Assembly: GCA_951406725.2 (NCBI GenBank)
Contig: OX597820.1
Location: 123,070,001-123,134,000, forward strand
DNA length: 64,000 bases
Reading direction: 5' to 3'
Source: Octopus vulgaris
Lineage: Eukaryota
The notes beneath the pieces are model-generated. The model saw nothing but the letters and a program-made list of their open reading frames with translations. It made no database searches and was not told the origin of the DNA. Positions 49,698 to 63,447 of this stretch are shown piece after piece. Position 1 is the stretch's first letter. Each line of letters begins with the position of its first letter. The position numbers were made by a program, and so were the translations under genes.

Positions 49698-49739
49698 TAG
49701 ACGTCGCACAATATACAACATTGTGATGTTGTTGATTGA

Positions 49740-50045
49740 AGATATTGTGTCTACCGGGGGTTTGTACTGTTTGTCAAGTGATAACCAGGACCTCAGATAG
49801 ACAGTACTTTACGCAATATGCGTGCAGTTCCAAGTGATGCCGAATTTTGCAATACATCTAGGTTGTAGGGTATTTCTAAGGTTTTCAGATGGTTTTTCAG
49901 ATTCGGTGGTATTAAACCCAATGCTCCGATGACAATAAGGACAACCTTTATGTTTGAGTCTCAGAGCTGCCACATCTTAGCGATCTCAATTCTCCGTTCT
50001 CCATAATTAACCTTTTCTCTTTGTGTGGTATATATTTTTCTTCTT
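49740..50045 (-). pseudogene. R4/Dong LINE extreme C-terminal fragment between (TAG)n and (ATT)n
   Basis: VVLIVIGALGLIPPNLKNHLKTLEIPYNLDVLQNSASLGTARILRKVLSI*. Confidence 0.8.
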
Positions 50046-50056
50046 TATTATTATTA

Positions 50057-50160
<104 letters not shown>

Positions 50161-50164
50161 GAAT

Positions 50165-50510
50165 AGGTGATGAGCTGGCAGAATCGTTAACACGTCGTGC
50201 AAAATGCTTAACAGTATTTCGTCTGTCTTTACGTTCTGAGTTCAAATTTCGCCGAGATCTACTTTGCCTTTCATCCTTTCGGACTTGATAAATTAAGTAC
50301 CAGTTGTATAATCGACTGGTCCCCTCCCCCAAAACTTCTGGCCTTGTGCCTAGAGTAGAAAAGAATCGTTGTTAGCTCGCCGGGCGAAATGGCTAGCAGT
50401 ATTTCGTCTGCCGCCACGTTCTGAGCTTAACACTGGAGTCTATGTAATCGACTAGACACATCGCCACCCGCTAACAAAATTTCCTGCCATGTGTCTTTAG
50501 TAGAAAGGAT
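50165..50510 (+). mobile_element. SINE family B-related dimer (short-tail variant)
   Basis: GGTGATGAGCTGGCAGAATCGTTAAC...GAGTTCAAATTTCGCCGAG...CCTTGTGCCTAGAGTAGAAAAG, followed by a second partial unit. Confidence 0.8.
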
Positions 50511-50681
50511 TATTATTAATATTGCCAGATATATATTTAAAGTAGTACACATTGTATATAAATGTACAAAACAGAAACGCGGAACTAGTTTCTGCATATT
50601 GCTGTGATAAGTTACTCCTCAAACTAATGACTACCCTCAGTTTTGCATTAAGATCCTTCCATTGTTTTCTTCAACAAAAGT

Positions 50682-53600
50682 TAGAAAGTATGTTGTGTAT
50701 ATCATCAACCAATGTCTTCCGTAATCTCGGAATGAAAGAACAGATGATGACATATTCTTTTCTTTTTTTTTAAAGTTGTATATCTTGTTTAAGCCAGTGT
50801 ATTAGCAAAATGTAAGATTTTAGATTGACACCGTATGTATTCACTCTGCGATATAGTCCTCAACGTAGATTTCTGACTTCAACATATCTTGAAGTTTCCT
50901 GTCATGTCTGGAGATATTAAAAGCGGTTACGAAGAGACGAAATGGATAATACTAGTATTCTTTGATGAAATACGGTACAATAACACTGACAGATAAGAAA
51001 AATAAATATAGAGGAACCAAGATAAAAATGGGAAATGGGAGTACACGCAATGACAGAAGAATAAGTATAATGTAAGACAAAAAAATAATGAGAAAAAGAG
51101 AGGAGGGAGACAGCAATGAATAGTTTGAAATGGAGCTGCGGTGGATACAGTGGAAGAAGGGAAAAAGGGGTGAGATTTCGTTTGTGGTTTGTATTGTCTA
51201 TCAAGTGTCTTTGTGATATTTGTGAACATGCATACATACATACGTGTATGTACGTGTGTCTGTGTGTGTTGTGTATGTGCACACACGCGCAAACACAAAC
51301 ACACGCGTACACACACATTGAAAATTGAGGGTGTCCATTGAATTTTGTCCTAATCTGTATTACTCATTAATAAGAATAGTTAGGAACAATCTGGCCTTGG
51401 ATAAACCCAATGTAGTCAACCTGACAATCTGAACAAATAAACAGTTCTGTTCATTCAATGCCACCCATTAAGTTTTGTATGTAATAATGATTGCAAGATG
51501 TAAAGAATGTGCTATCAAGAATCATTCATATATAACCACAGGCACATATATAAGAGTTAAAGAGATACAGGGGAGAAATTACACCAGTTTTAAATAAAGA
51601 TTAGATCAATTTGCCAATTTATGCACAGCGTGTAAAATCTTTTAGCGTATCACAGGACAAATCATTATCGCAAATCTACTAAATTTATAAACAAGTTAAA
51701 TATGTGTTATTCAACTTCTGGCTTAAAGGAAATGTTATTGGAATTTACTGCGCAAAACTGAACTCATGAAACTGAGCACAACCTCTTTGTTGAGGTACCA
51801 TATAGAATTCCTAAAAGGTTTTGTTTAATAATTTATCGTAAAAATTAGAAAGTGTGACGTCGAATTTGACGTTCAACAAAGAAGAGAAAAGAGTGTTATC
51901 TCATTGTCAATTTCACATAGTTTGAATGCCGCAACAAATTCCCTAATTGGCCAAAAACAAGATTATTTGGTGAAACAGATGAAGACGTTCACCATTTGTT
52001 TCTAATATCTTAGAACAAAAGTAATATTAATAAATTAAATAATGAAACTGAAGAGAAGAAATAATTTCAAGCAATCAATACATTGATGTATGCATCATTG
52101 AGCTATGGTGCAGGCATTATCATTTGGAGAAGAGCAGAGTTACAGAGGCTGGATCAAAATTCGAGAAAACTAAATAAAATGCGCGGAGAATTTTACCGTA
52201 AGTGGGAAACTGAAAGGTAGGTAAATAAGCACAAAAGTGTGCGAGGGTTGATTAACAGTAAACGTTGTATAGGTTCAGAACGAAATAGCTTTGAGTGGTA
52301 TATCACGGGTGCCATAAGAACCATTGCTGGTTCAGGTGAGAATATATATCTTAGTCGAGAGAGATACTTGCGTGGGGACAAAAGAGCACAGTGGGAAATA
52401 GAATAAGGAAACGAAAGAAAATGGAATGGTCAAAAGATGTACGGTCAGTTTGCAAGCGATGTGAGCAGGATTACAGATGCCGATGGAAAATGGCACTGGC
52501 TAAAGAAGAATGACTTGAAACCAAAGACAAAAGCGCTTATCTGTGCTGCGCAGGACGAATTATACCAAATGCCGAATTGAAAATACAGATGAAAGTAACA
52601 AGTTCAAGGTGTGCGGTGATAAAGGTGAGACTGTATGGAATATTGTGAATGGGAGTGTACGTAGCTGGTATTCCAAAAGGAATACCTAAGAATATTGCGC
52701 ACTGTGAAAGCATTCAGTGATGACACCGGAATGGAATTTGGTTTCGATAAATGTGCCAAGGTTGCCTTCCTGAAAGGAAAATTGAATACCTCATATTCAG
52801 TGGTGTTAGATGTTGACACAGTTACAAAAGGAACAAATTTGAGCAGGAACACACTCATAAGTACCTCGGAATACATGAGGGCTCTGACATTCAGCATGCA
52901 AGCATGGAAGAGAGGACCAGGAAGGAATGTTTCAGGAGGATTCGAACACTCCTAAAATGCACGTAACAAGGTGTTAGCTACAAATTCCTTAGCAGTTCCG
53001 GTTCTTATTTAAAGTTTCAACGTGTTGAACTGGAATATGAGCGAAATAAAGAAGATTAACAGGATAATCCGTAAGCTGCTGACTTGCAATAAGATGCAAC
53101 ACCCAAAGGCAGATGCAGATCGTGTTTACTTACCCAGAGCTCAAGGATGTTGAGGTTTGATCCAATTTGAAATCTCATACAAAACCACCACAATTGGACT
53201 GGCAAATTATCGTTGAAAACCATGAAAGACGTAACAAGTTTCATTCTGTTATAAAAGAGAACAAAATATTTTCAAGTGATTTTATGCATAATACCCAGGT
53301 TGAACAGCATGATGGAAGTATAGCAACTGTAGTTGCAAAGAGGGTGAAATCAATAGCAAAACAAAATGCGTTTCAACAATTGGCTGATAGGTGGGAGCAA
53401 AAACCTCTGCATGGCAAATATGTGGCCCGTAGCAAACAAACTGATGTAGAACAGATGCACACACACGCATAGGTGGCTATGGAGCTCAAGGCTAAATGGA
53501 GAGCGTGAAGGCTTTATCTTGGCTGCTCAAGATCAGAGCTTATTGACCCGGAACTATCAAGCCAATGTGATGAAAAATGGAGTAGACCCAAAGTATTGAT

Positions 53601-54301
53601 ACTGCAACGAAGGGATCGAAACAGTGGACTACCTAATTCCTGGGTGTCACGTTTTAACACTTGTAAAGTATAAATCAAGACATGACGAAGTTGGCCAATA
53701 TATACACTGGGTAATATGTCGGTATTACCAAATCAAGACTGCTGACAAATGGTAAAAGCACCACCCTGAGTCTGTAACTGAGGGAGAAATGTAACGGTTC
53801 TTTGAGACTTTCCCATATGTACAGACCGGACCATCAGAGCAAATAAACCAGATATTACAGTGAAAGACCAAAACAATAAAGTCTGCTTATTGATTGGCAT
53901 AAACATACCCTGTAACCATAATATCTCGGCAAAAACATTTGATAAGCTCAGTAAATAAAGACATGTGCTAATCGAAATCGAAAAGATGTGGCATCTCGAG
54001 ACGGTTACAATAATAATGATTGTAGGAACACTTGGAATGATCAAGAAAGGAACTGAAAATTACTTAAGAATGATTCCAGGCTAGAAAGTATGTTGTGTAT
54101 ATCATCAACCAATGTCTTCCATAATCTCGGAATGAAAGAACAGATGATGATATATTCTTTTCTTTTCTTTTTTTAAGTTGTATATCTTGTTTAAGCCAGT
54201 GTATTAGCAAAATGTAAGATTTTAGATTGACACCGTATGTATTCACTCTGCGATATAGTCCTCAACGTAGATTTCTGACTTCAACATATCTTGAAGTTTC
54301 C
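50682..54301 (+). repeat. ~218-bp near-identical direct repeat (50682-50899 / 54082-54301)
   Basis: About 2 substitutions plus a T-tract difference. The second copy interrupts a Dong ORF. Confidence 0.95.
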
Positions 54302-54590
54302 ATTCATACAGGAAGTGCAAATGTTTGTCTTGACAGGTACGTCACACCTTCTGCGAAGAGCATTGTCCCTGTGATTTTTCTTTTCTTTTTTCCTCCTTTA
54401 TTTTCTTTGCTTAATTCCGTTCATTTTTCCTTTTATTTTTCTCTCTGTCTTTCTCCATCTTTTTCTTATCACATGACTTTGTAAATGAACATTCTGGTGT
54501 GTTTAATGATCTATCAATGTATACAGGGAATTTATCTGCCCTAGGTATCAGGAAGACACTCATCAAGAAATGGAAGCAAAATTGAAAGAA
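51960..54590 (+). pseudogene. Two juxtaposed degenerate R4/Dong LINE segments (junction near 52690)
   Basis: LSYGAGIIIWR..ELQRLD; MYGQFASD..WHWLKKNDLKPKTKALICAAQD. Then TVKAFSDDTGMEFGFDKCAK, WEQKPLHGKY, EGFILAAQDQSL, ANKPDI, IVGTLGMIKKG. Confidence 0.85.
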
Positions 54591-54619
54591 GATGATAATG
54601 ATAATATTAATGATAATCT

Positions 54620-54828
54620 TTTCTACTATAATCACAAGGCCTAGAATTTTAAGGGAGTGTCTAGTCGCCTCCATTGATCCCTGTGTTTCACTGGTACTTA
54701 ATTTATCTACTCCGAAAGGACGAATGGCAAAGTCAATCTCGGCGGAATTTGAACTCAGAACGTGCAGACAGCCGAAGTGCCGCAAAGCATTTCGCCCGGC
54801 GTGCTAACAATACTGCCACTCGCCGCCT
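54620..54828 (-). mobile_element. SINE family B copy
   Basis: GGCAAAGTCAATCTCGGCGGAATTTGAACTCAGAACG...CTCGCCGCC. Confidence 0.8.
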
Positions 54829-54863
54829 AAATAATAATAATAATAATAATAATGATAATAATG

Positions 54864-54912
<49 letters not shown>

Positions 54913-55042
54913 TGATGATGATGATGATGATGATGAGGAGGAGGAGGAGGAGAAGAAGAAGAAGAAGAAGAAGAAGAAGAAGAAGAAGAAGAAGAAGAAG
55001 AAGAAGAAGAAGAAGAAGAAGAAGAAGAAGAAGAAGAAGAAA
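54829..55042. repeat. Compound microsatellite (AAT)n(GAT)n(GAG)n(AAG)n
   Basis: Directly visible. Confidence 0.98.
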
Positions 55043-55693
55043 AAGGAAATAAGGAGAATGATAGAAAAAGAACTTCAATAACAATATTAGAAGACCTTCC
55101 ATGAGTTGTGGAGCCTTAGGTAGATATATTTGGCAGAATATGAACTTGTGATCCTGGAGCCAAATTTCCGGGTCTGAATCAATGGAAACCAATGCTCAAC
55201 ACTTGATAGACATAAAGTTCTTTTGTTTAGGCAATTAGCGTTTAGTTGTATTTCATACTTTGAAGTTAATGACGGCGGCGTGCGTTGGCAGGGCTTGGCA
55301 AAATGGTGGGGTGTCAGTTTTTCTAACTGGTGATCGGGCTGAATACCTGTGCCAAAGCTAAGATAGTATTGTTAATCAATAAGAGCTTAATTGAGAAATG
55401 AGAAGATTCGATAATTGTGAGATATGTTGAATCCTTATTTTATGCAGAGTAGAAATGTATTCTCTTTAATTAGAACAACGGAACATTCCACTCTATTTGT
55501 GTATAAACAGAGGCGTTCAATTAATTTGTATTGAACAGCCACAAGAAATTTACAGAGACTGTACTTGTTGTTGTTGCTCTACTTGCCTACCAATGTAGTG
55601 AGCGTTCTCGAAATGTTTATTGTTACTATTGCATCAGGCTTGTTTAAGCATCGCCAGCTTCTTGAAGAAAGCTATCCGAATAACCAATAGAAA

Positions 55694-55736
<43 letters not shown>

Positions 55737-55756
55737 GATAGATAGATAGATATAGA

Positions 55757-55800
<44 letters not shown>

Positions 55801-55828
55801 TATATGTATACATATATATATATGTATA

Positions 55829-55882
<54 letters not shown>

Positions 55883-56088
55883 CAAAATAAGCAACAGGAT
55901 ATCGTTGCTTATTTTGACTTTATTCACTTTACTTTGAGCTGTACGGATAACACTGCATTGACTTGGTGCTTCAAATTAAGTACCTAATTCCAACTGAATC
56001 TCAATTATTTATTATATATTACATAGTATTACTTCAACCAGCATTAGAAAACACATTTATATTTTAAACATACATTCTTATACACATT

Positions 56089-56128
<40 letters not shown>

Positions 56129-57041
56129 ACCATACCTTTGATGAACCAATCAAAGGAGTTCTATGAGACAGCTTGAACTGTTAGAAATAATAGTCAATTT
56201 TGTTTCAAATTGCATCCATCCAACTCTCTAAGCAAAAATGAATTCATGATATGAAGGGATTCGGGCGAATTGGGTGTGGAAAATTAACACGATGATCATG
56301 ATAGCTCTCGATACACTTGATCAGAGTTGACCAGAGAATGCACAAAGCCAGTTTGATATAAGCTGTACAGCTTATTTGTAAAGATAATCCCATTTTATCA
56401 GTTCAGGTGTGACCTGCTTTCTTTAAGACTCTCAGATGTGGGAGATTTGCTTACTATTTCTACATGTTGGGTATAGAGGTTGTTCTCTTTTCTCTATTCT
56501 GTGCTTGTTGTTATTAGTGTTATTATGCTCTTCTATATAAACACATACTTTTTTTATATTTGGCCTTCATATTTCTTTTTCCCAAGTTGTTTCATTTGTG
56601 GAGATGGATTAGATGTTGTTAGTTTTCTTTGTCGTCGTTTGATGTGAAAAATTGGTGTTATCATTCTTTATATTCAAAACAGAACCAATTATATTTTATA
56701 GCCACATAGAAAACACATTTGTGTCTGCTCCTAGACCATTCTGAATGGGAATAAACATTGCATGTCTTACATTAGCTTTAAAAAAATTCCATGTTATCAC
56801 AAACCTCGCTAATAAACCAGGAGCCATTATGTTTGTTAAGTTATATCGTCTCCTTTTTAACTGGGCTGAACAGTTCTTGTATGACTGCATTCGACAAATG
56901 AGTCTCTTACCAGATACTTCAACAAAGATCGTTTAATAGAAAAACACGATTGAAATAACGCCATTATCTTAATAGGGTCTTTCTATTTCGTGAAAAAATA
57001 ATGAAACTGAAACAATTAATATGTTAACATGAAGAATTAAT

Positions 57042-57428
57042 ATTATTTTCTACTCTAGGCACAAGGCCCGAAATTTGGGGAGAGAAGGCTAGTCGATTAC
57101 ATCGACCTCAGTGCGTAACTGGTACTTGATTTATCGATCCCGAAAGGATGAAAGGGAAAGTCGACCTCGGCGGAATTTGAACTCAGAACGTAAAGACAGA
57201 CGAAATACCTATTTCTGTACTACCCACAAGGGGCTAAACAGAGAGAGGACAAACAAGGACAGACAAACGGATTAAGTCGATTATATCGACCCCAGTGGGT
57301 AACTGGTACTTATTTAATCGACCCCGAAAGGATGAAAGGCAAAGTCGACCTCGGCAGAATTTGAACTCAGACGAAATACCGCTAGGCATTTCGTCCGGCG
57401 TGCTAACGTTTCTGCCAGCTCACCGCCT
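57042..57428 (-). mobile_element. SINE family B dimer
   Basis: Same GAAATAGG|TATTTCGTC junction at ~57210. Confidence 0.88.
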
Positions 57429-58469
57429 TATGGATCCGATTTATATTATTCCTTTAGTTTTCCACTATTTCAATGTTTTTTTGTTTCCGAAAAATAATTA
57501 TTTTTATAGAAAAATGACATGACAAATGTTTTGAAAAGTCGCAATTACAAGCTTTCGGGATCTACAAATTGACAACGCCGCAAATTCTGCCTGTTGACAG
57601 TATTTATCATCCCGTGAGAGAAATGATTAAATCAAAGGCAGAAATATGTAACTGTTAATGACCTAGAAAGCATATTTATATGTATGAATAGAGTTTTAAC
57701 CGAGTGTTGCCCAACTTGTGCTCTATTAGCATGCTATCTACTGCCAAGCGAATCTATTTAAAATTAGAAGAGTATGACCTCAAATGCATTTTCCCCAAGA
57801 ATCCTTTTTAGACCCAAGATTGCTATGATGTTAAACTAAAGGAAACCGTAAGATGTCCATTAAAGCATTTTACGAATTCAGTCTCAAGAAGAAAGAAATA
57901 TCTACCACAAATATGGCTTTAAGTTAGGTAACATTTTGCTTGGATTGTCTACATTATAACTATTTATTTCTACGACTAATACGATGTCATGTTTATGATT
58001 ATACTAAGGCTGAACTCTTTATAAAGGAATCGCCAGGTAAAACGATGGAGTTTCGCAAGAAGAAACATCGACAAAGACAAGCAGAACAAAAATGAAAAGG
58101 ATGCATGTACGATCCACACCACCACCACCAACAACAAGAACAGCACCAACAAAGAAGCAACAAGTTCCACAGCACGTGAAGGAAGAAAAGGATTATATTT
58201 CATTGTCTAACGCAAATAAACACAAAGATATCAGGAGCAGCGACAGCAGCAGCAGCAGTGAGGAGAATTAACAACAACAAAAACAATAATAGGAGTAAGA
58301 ACATGAATTATGAAGAATACCGAGAAGGTTGTGGGAGTGACCCCACGGACAAACAATTTTTTTTTGCTGGGATTGCGGCAAAATGAATGTAGTTCTTTAA
58401 CGTCCCATTAAGCGATAAGAAGACAAGGCTGTCAGAGGTTAAACAACTTTTGAAATTAAATAGGAGAGC

Positions 58470-59750
58470 AGAAGTTGTCTTTCCAGCTGAGATCTGGGCA
58501 AACATGACCAGAAAATTCGTCTACTTTTGTGGTGCATTGACTAAATATACTCATTCACTTATCCCTGAGTGAGATCATGTCATAGGCTTTCTTATAATTT
58601 ATCCATGATTTTGTTAGATTTTCTCTTTAGCTTTTACTTCATGTAGCACTGTTTTGTCTATGTATAATAGATCATGCATTCTGCTAGGCTTGTTCCTGAA
58701 ACCATTCTGTTCTCTTGGCAGTAAATCCTGGTTGTCAAGGCGCTCGTAAATGCTTTCTGAAAGCATTCCTGTTAAGAGCTTCCACACTAATGGTAAGCAA
58801 CTGATTGGTCTATAGTCGCTAGCTGTATGACCCTTGCTTTTGTGCTTCATAGGGAGTGTTGGTCTACCTCTAGTCATCCACTCAGTTATTATTCCCATAT
58901 TGAGGCAATCCTAAATTTCTTCCCTCAGCCTTCCATGTAAGCTACTAAACCTCTTTAACCAGAACCCTTGAACTAAGGCTGGTACTGGGTCCTTCTAATT
59001 CGGCATTTTTCCTAACACTTTACTCATTAATGCACTAGTTAGTCTTCCATCTGGCTGCTTCTCACTCACTACTTCTTCACTCACTTTCTTTAACCATACA
59101 GCATCTCCATTGTTTGGCTTTTCCCAAATATTACTCCAGCACTTTCTAACTTCTTCTGCATTAGTTTTCTCATCTTCAGTACTTTCTTCTCCACTACTTA
59201 TTTGGTTATAAAATCTCCTCTGGTCTGTCTGAAATAATCTATTCTGTTGATACTCATCTATTCTTTTCTGATATCCGGAAAGCTTACCTGCTACTGCTAT
59301 GGTATGCTATTTCAACACTTCTATGGCTGTTCCAAATCCTTTCTCTTTCACTAAGTATCTTTTCTCAAGAGGGGGGGATTTAAATCTTGTGTTTCCAAGT
59401 TCCTATTCTACTCAGATCTTGTCTTAAAGTCTTCATTTCATTTTGTGGTCTCCGTTTCCACATTTGCTCTCTTTTAATCTTTCCTTGTGGAATATCTAAT
59501 CTTCTAATAACTACTACCCCCGCTTCATAGATCAATAAGTTAGTGTCACTTATATTTTTAGTATCTATACTACTAACAACAGAATCTACTTTCCTAGTCA
59601 TAACTAGCAGCTTCCTTCTGTTGGTACCTTTTAATGCTGGCAATCTTATTCATACTTCTTTACTCAATACTTCCTGCAACTGATTTAGAACCTTCTGGTC
59701 TTCCTCACTTAAATCACTTAAATTGTTGGTGCCTGCTGTCCCTTCCTTAT
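58470..59750 (-). pseudogene. Degenerate R4/Dong LINE (N-terminus to RT domains 0-3)
   Basis: LPALKGTNRRKL...TNLLIYEAGVVV; EWMTRGR...ASDYRPISCLPLVWKLLTG...EQNGFR...DLLYIDK...YKKAYD. Confidence 0.88.
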
Positions 59751-59769
59751 TATCATTATTATCATTAGG

Positions 59770-60159
59770 TGGAGGCGCAATGGCCCAGTGGTTAGGGCAG
59801 CGGACTCGCGGTCATAGGATCGCGGTTTCGATTCCCAGACCGGGCGTTGTGAGTGTTTATTGAGCGAAAACACCTAAAAGCTCCACGAGGCTCCGGTAGG
59901 GGATGGTGGTGATCCCTGCTGTACTCTTTCACCACAACTTTCTCTCACTCTTACTTCCTGTTTCTGTTGTACCTGTATTTCAAAGGGCCGGCCTTGTCAC
60001 TCTCTGTGTCACGCTGAATATCCCCAAGAATATCCCCCACGTTAAGGGTACACGTGTCTGTGGAGTGCTCAGCCACTTACACGTTAATTTCACAAGCAGG
60101 CTGTTCCGTTGATTCGGATCAACCGGAACCCTCGTCGTCGTAACCGACGGGGTGCTTCC
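59770..60159 (+). mobile_element. SINE family C, full length
   Basis: GGAGGCGCAATGGCCCAGTGGTTAGGGCAGCGGACTCGCGG head. Matches 10004-10361. Confidence 0.92.
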
Positions 60160-60170
60160 TATTATCATTA

Positions 60171-60960
60171 CTAGCGGGACCCGTCAACATTTCACGGAAT
60201 TAATGATAAACTTATTGTGTTATTTCTGAAAACTTTATCCAAAAAACCTGAAAGCGTTGCCTGTGTTGCGCCTGTATCAAAAGATAGTCGCTCATCTGCT
60301 AATCACTGAAAAGTGAAGGAAATTGGATTACGATGATTACTTAATGCACTTTATATACATTATGCACAATTTTATAGACCCAATACACAACACCCTTCTT
60401 CTTTCTATCTCGCTGCTCGTATTGCTCCCTTTTCTCTCTCCTTTTTCTTTCGCCTTTCTCTTTTCCTTCAGCTAATTACGTGAAAGCGTTACTGTTGGGC
60501 TAAGTAACGGCGGAAAAAAAACTTAGTTTAAAAGATTACACATTTCACTCACCACCACTTCTTCCTCTCCTTGCCACTCTCCCCCCCCCCATTTGCTCCT
60601 CCTTTTTCGCCTCCCATTTCTGTCACCTCTCCCCTCCCTTCTCCATCCTTTTCCTACCATCCCTTCAACTAATCACGTGTCTTCTAAATATCTTCTGTCA
60701 TCTAAATGTCGCTATGAAACTAATACTCTCGGTTAAGAAAATTAGAAATTTTGACTAGAAAAGCAACCATTTAAAAAAAAAAATTTAGATCGATTAAAGC
60801 TTCGATAAAAAAAAATGAAAATAGATATTTAAGAATTTACGTCAAAGTAAGTGAAGCAATAAATAGTAGTTCTTTATATATTGTGTAAAACACAACTTGT
60901 CGACGACTACGTTGGAATAAATTGCCCACGGATATCGCATCTCATTTCTGCTTTATAAAT
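60171..60960 (-). mobile_element. Probable non-autonomous Helitron
   Basis: A|CTAG followed by hairpin CCGT..ACGG at the left end. Right end ...CATTTCTGCTTTATAAATA resembles other Helitron 5' ends. Confidence 0.5.
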
Positions 60961-61317
60961 AACAACAGCGACAGCCATTATCCAAACTAATCTGACAACC
61001 ATCGACCATTGAAATTATCATCGCCAATACATAAGCAATTATTTATAACTCAATTTGCATATTAGCTGCTTCTTAAATATTCATTATCGAAATCGCCATT
61101 GATTCAAACGAACTGAATAATGCTTACTTTCTTACTTGTTCAGCTAAAACTTATAATCTTCACAGTTAAGATTTCAGATCAGAAGAATGTTTATTCTGGC
61201 TGTTCGGTATATAATAGACAAGAGGTTCAATTCCAGTTGGTGATTTTACCAATTTTTCCCGCTGACAAGGGATAATTTAACTGATGTTTTTTAAAGAAAC
61301 TATTATTAAAATATCTC

Positions 61318-61725
61318 GGATCTTTTCGGTTTGAAAGGCAGTTTTTTCTAGCGATGTCATATGAAATTGTCACCCATAATTATGACCTTAGAATCGATCT
61401 ATTGCATTTCAATCTCTTTTAGGGTTAGGGTTAGTTAGGATTAGGGTTAGGGGTGGAGGAAGGGTATTTTTTTTTCTTCACAAATGTAAATAAACCCAAT
61501 CTGTTTCTTAAACGAGGGACATATTCATACGGCACAGAATGCTTTTTAACTCAATAGATGTTACTGATTGAAAAACAATAAATATCTTACAATCTATAGA
61601 ATTTTCTCAATAAAACCAAGAGAAAAAGATGTTTTATAAACACATTCTACCAGTATACGAAGTTTAAAAGTGTTTAGTTACGTGGAAATTATTTTAAAAA
61701 ACTACCGTTCAAACCGAAAAGCTCC
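61318..61725. mobile_element. Second telomeric-repeat MITE (opposite orientation to 14382-14837)
   Basis: Same TIRs and body. (TTAGGG)-like units at 61419-61452. Internal deletion; no TSD seen. Confidence 0.9.
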
Positions 61726-62087
61726 GGTGTGTGTTACTCAATACGCATTATATACATACCAGCTGACCCTGTGCCGTCAAAAATGAGGGTTAATTGTTGT
61801 ATTTTATATACAAATATGGACAGTAGTGATATGGTTAGACTTGTTTAGTACTTAGTGGCCTTTTAAGGTGAGGAATAAAAAAAAATTTTATTTGAATTGA
61901 GCAAGGTTTTAATTGAAAAACCTGATATTGTTTTGACTTCCTTCAGTAAAAGTTATAATTGCATTTCCAGGTCTTGTTCTATTGTTTTCGTTAAAGAATT
62001 GTTGTATACATGTTGAAACTGCAGTTGTTTTCGAAAGAGTAACTTTTGAGTTCACTATACACTCACACAGCAATTATATATATATAT

Positions 62088-62480
62088 ATAACTTTGATAA
62101 CTCTAATAACTTTGATAGGTTTCTGCCAGTATAGGCCCAGGCCATGTCTAACTTAATAGCACCACCCGGTGAAGTCTTTTAGTCACATATGGGGTACCAT
62201 GGCCCACTCTAGCAAAGAGTTATTATTGTTGGAGACATAACCGGGTGTAGGTGATTGGTCTAGGATTTTTTGAAGAAATTTGTCCAGTGAATATTTGAAT
62301 TTTATGGGATCCGTTTCCGTTTTGACATATTTGGTATGGTATTAAAGAGAGCTGGTAAAGTAATTGTGACATAATTTTGCTATGTATACCGAGCTCGATT
62401 TTTGTAGCGGGCGGATAGAACAGGGCCCAAGACATGGGTGAATTTTAAAACTGATGCCGACATCATATTGATGGAATGGA
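62088..62480 (-). pseudogene. CR1-clade LINE 3' end with (TATCAAAGT)n tail
   Basis: PALFNTIP...KFKYSLDKFLQKILDQSPTPGYVSNNNNSLLEWAMVP. Short tandem-repeat tail. Confidence 0.75.
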
Positions 62481-62534
62481 ATATTTTCCACATAACACAA
62501 ATGATGTAGCGCTCCTAGCGGCGTTGGAGAGAGT

Positions 62535-63174
62535 AAATCGACCTCAGTGCTTATTTTTTGTAAGCCTAGTACTTATACTATTGGTCTATTTTGCCGAACT
62601 GCTTCGTTACGGGGATGCAAACACACCAACATCAAGCAATGGTGGGAGGACAAACACAGACACACAAATACATAAATACACACGCACACACACACACACA
62701 GACATATATATTTACGACAGGCTTCTTTCAGTTTCCGTCTACCAAATCCACTCACAAGGCTTTGGTCGGCTCGTGGCTATAGTAGAAGACACTTGCCCAA
62801 AGTGCCACGCAGTGGGACTGAACCCGGAACCATGTGGTTGGCAAGCAAGCTACTTACTACACAGTCACTCCTGCGCCTATGGAAGCCTATTACTTATTCA
62901 ATCGGTCTCTTTTGCCGAACCACTAAGTTACGGGGACGTAAACACACCAGCATCATATGTCAAGTGATGGTAGGGCGGGGACAAACACAGGCTCACAAAC
63001 ATATGCATATATGACGGGCTTCTTTCAATTTCCTTCTACCAACTCCACTCATAAGACTTTGGGTCGGTTCGAGGCTATAGTAGAAGACACTTGCCCAAAG
63101 TTTCATGCAGTGGGACTGAACCCGAAACCATGTGGTTGGTAAGCAAGCTTCTTACCACTCAACCACGCCTGCGC

Positions 63175-63175
<1 letters not shown>
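62535..63175 (-). mobile_element. Two tandem SINE family A copies
   Basis: Heads end at ~62877 and ~63175. Confidence 0.88.
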
Positions 63176-63255
<80 letters not shown>

Positions 63256-63304
63256 AGAGTATTGTAGTTCGCCTGAAGCACTGTGTATTGTTTGTGAAGA
63301 ATAA

Positions 63305-63392
63305 AAAGCTTTGAATGGTACAACAATGCTCTATAATTCAAACAACAGGTATATACCCGTTATTTGAATTATAGTGCATTGTACCATTCAAA

Positions 63393-63397
<5 letters not shown>
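63305..63397. repeat. ~45-bp-arm hairpin between (TA)n tracts
   Basis: TTTGAATGGTACAA(CAA)TGCTCTATAATTCAAACAACAGGT-ATAT-ACCCGTTATTTGAATTATAGTGCATTGTACCATTCAAA. Confidence 0.85.

Positions 63398-63447
<50 letters not shown>

Noticed and set aside
59770-59850. tRNA gene
   Set aside because: It is the tRNA-like head of a SINE, continuing into a 300-bp body repeated elsewhere; no proper acceptor stem.
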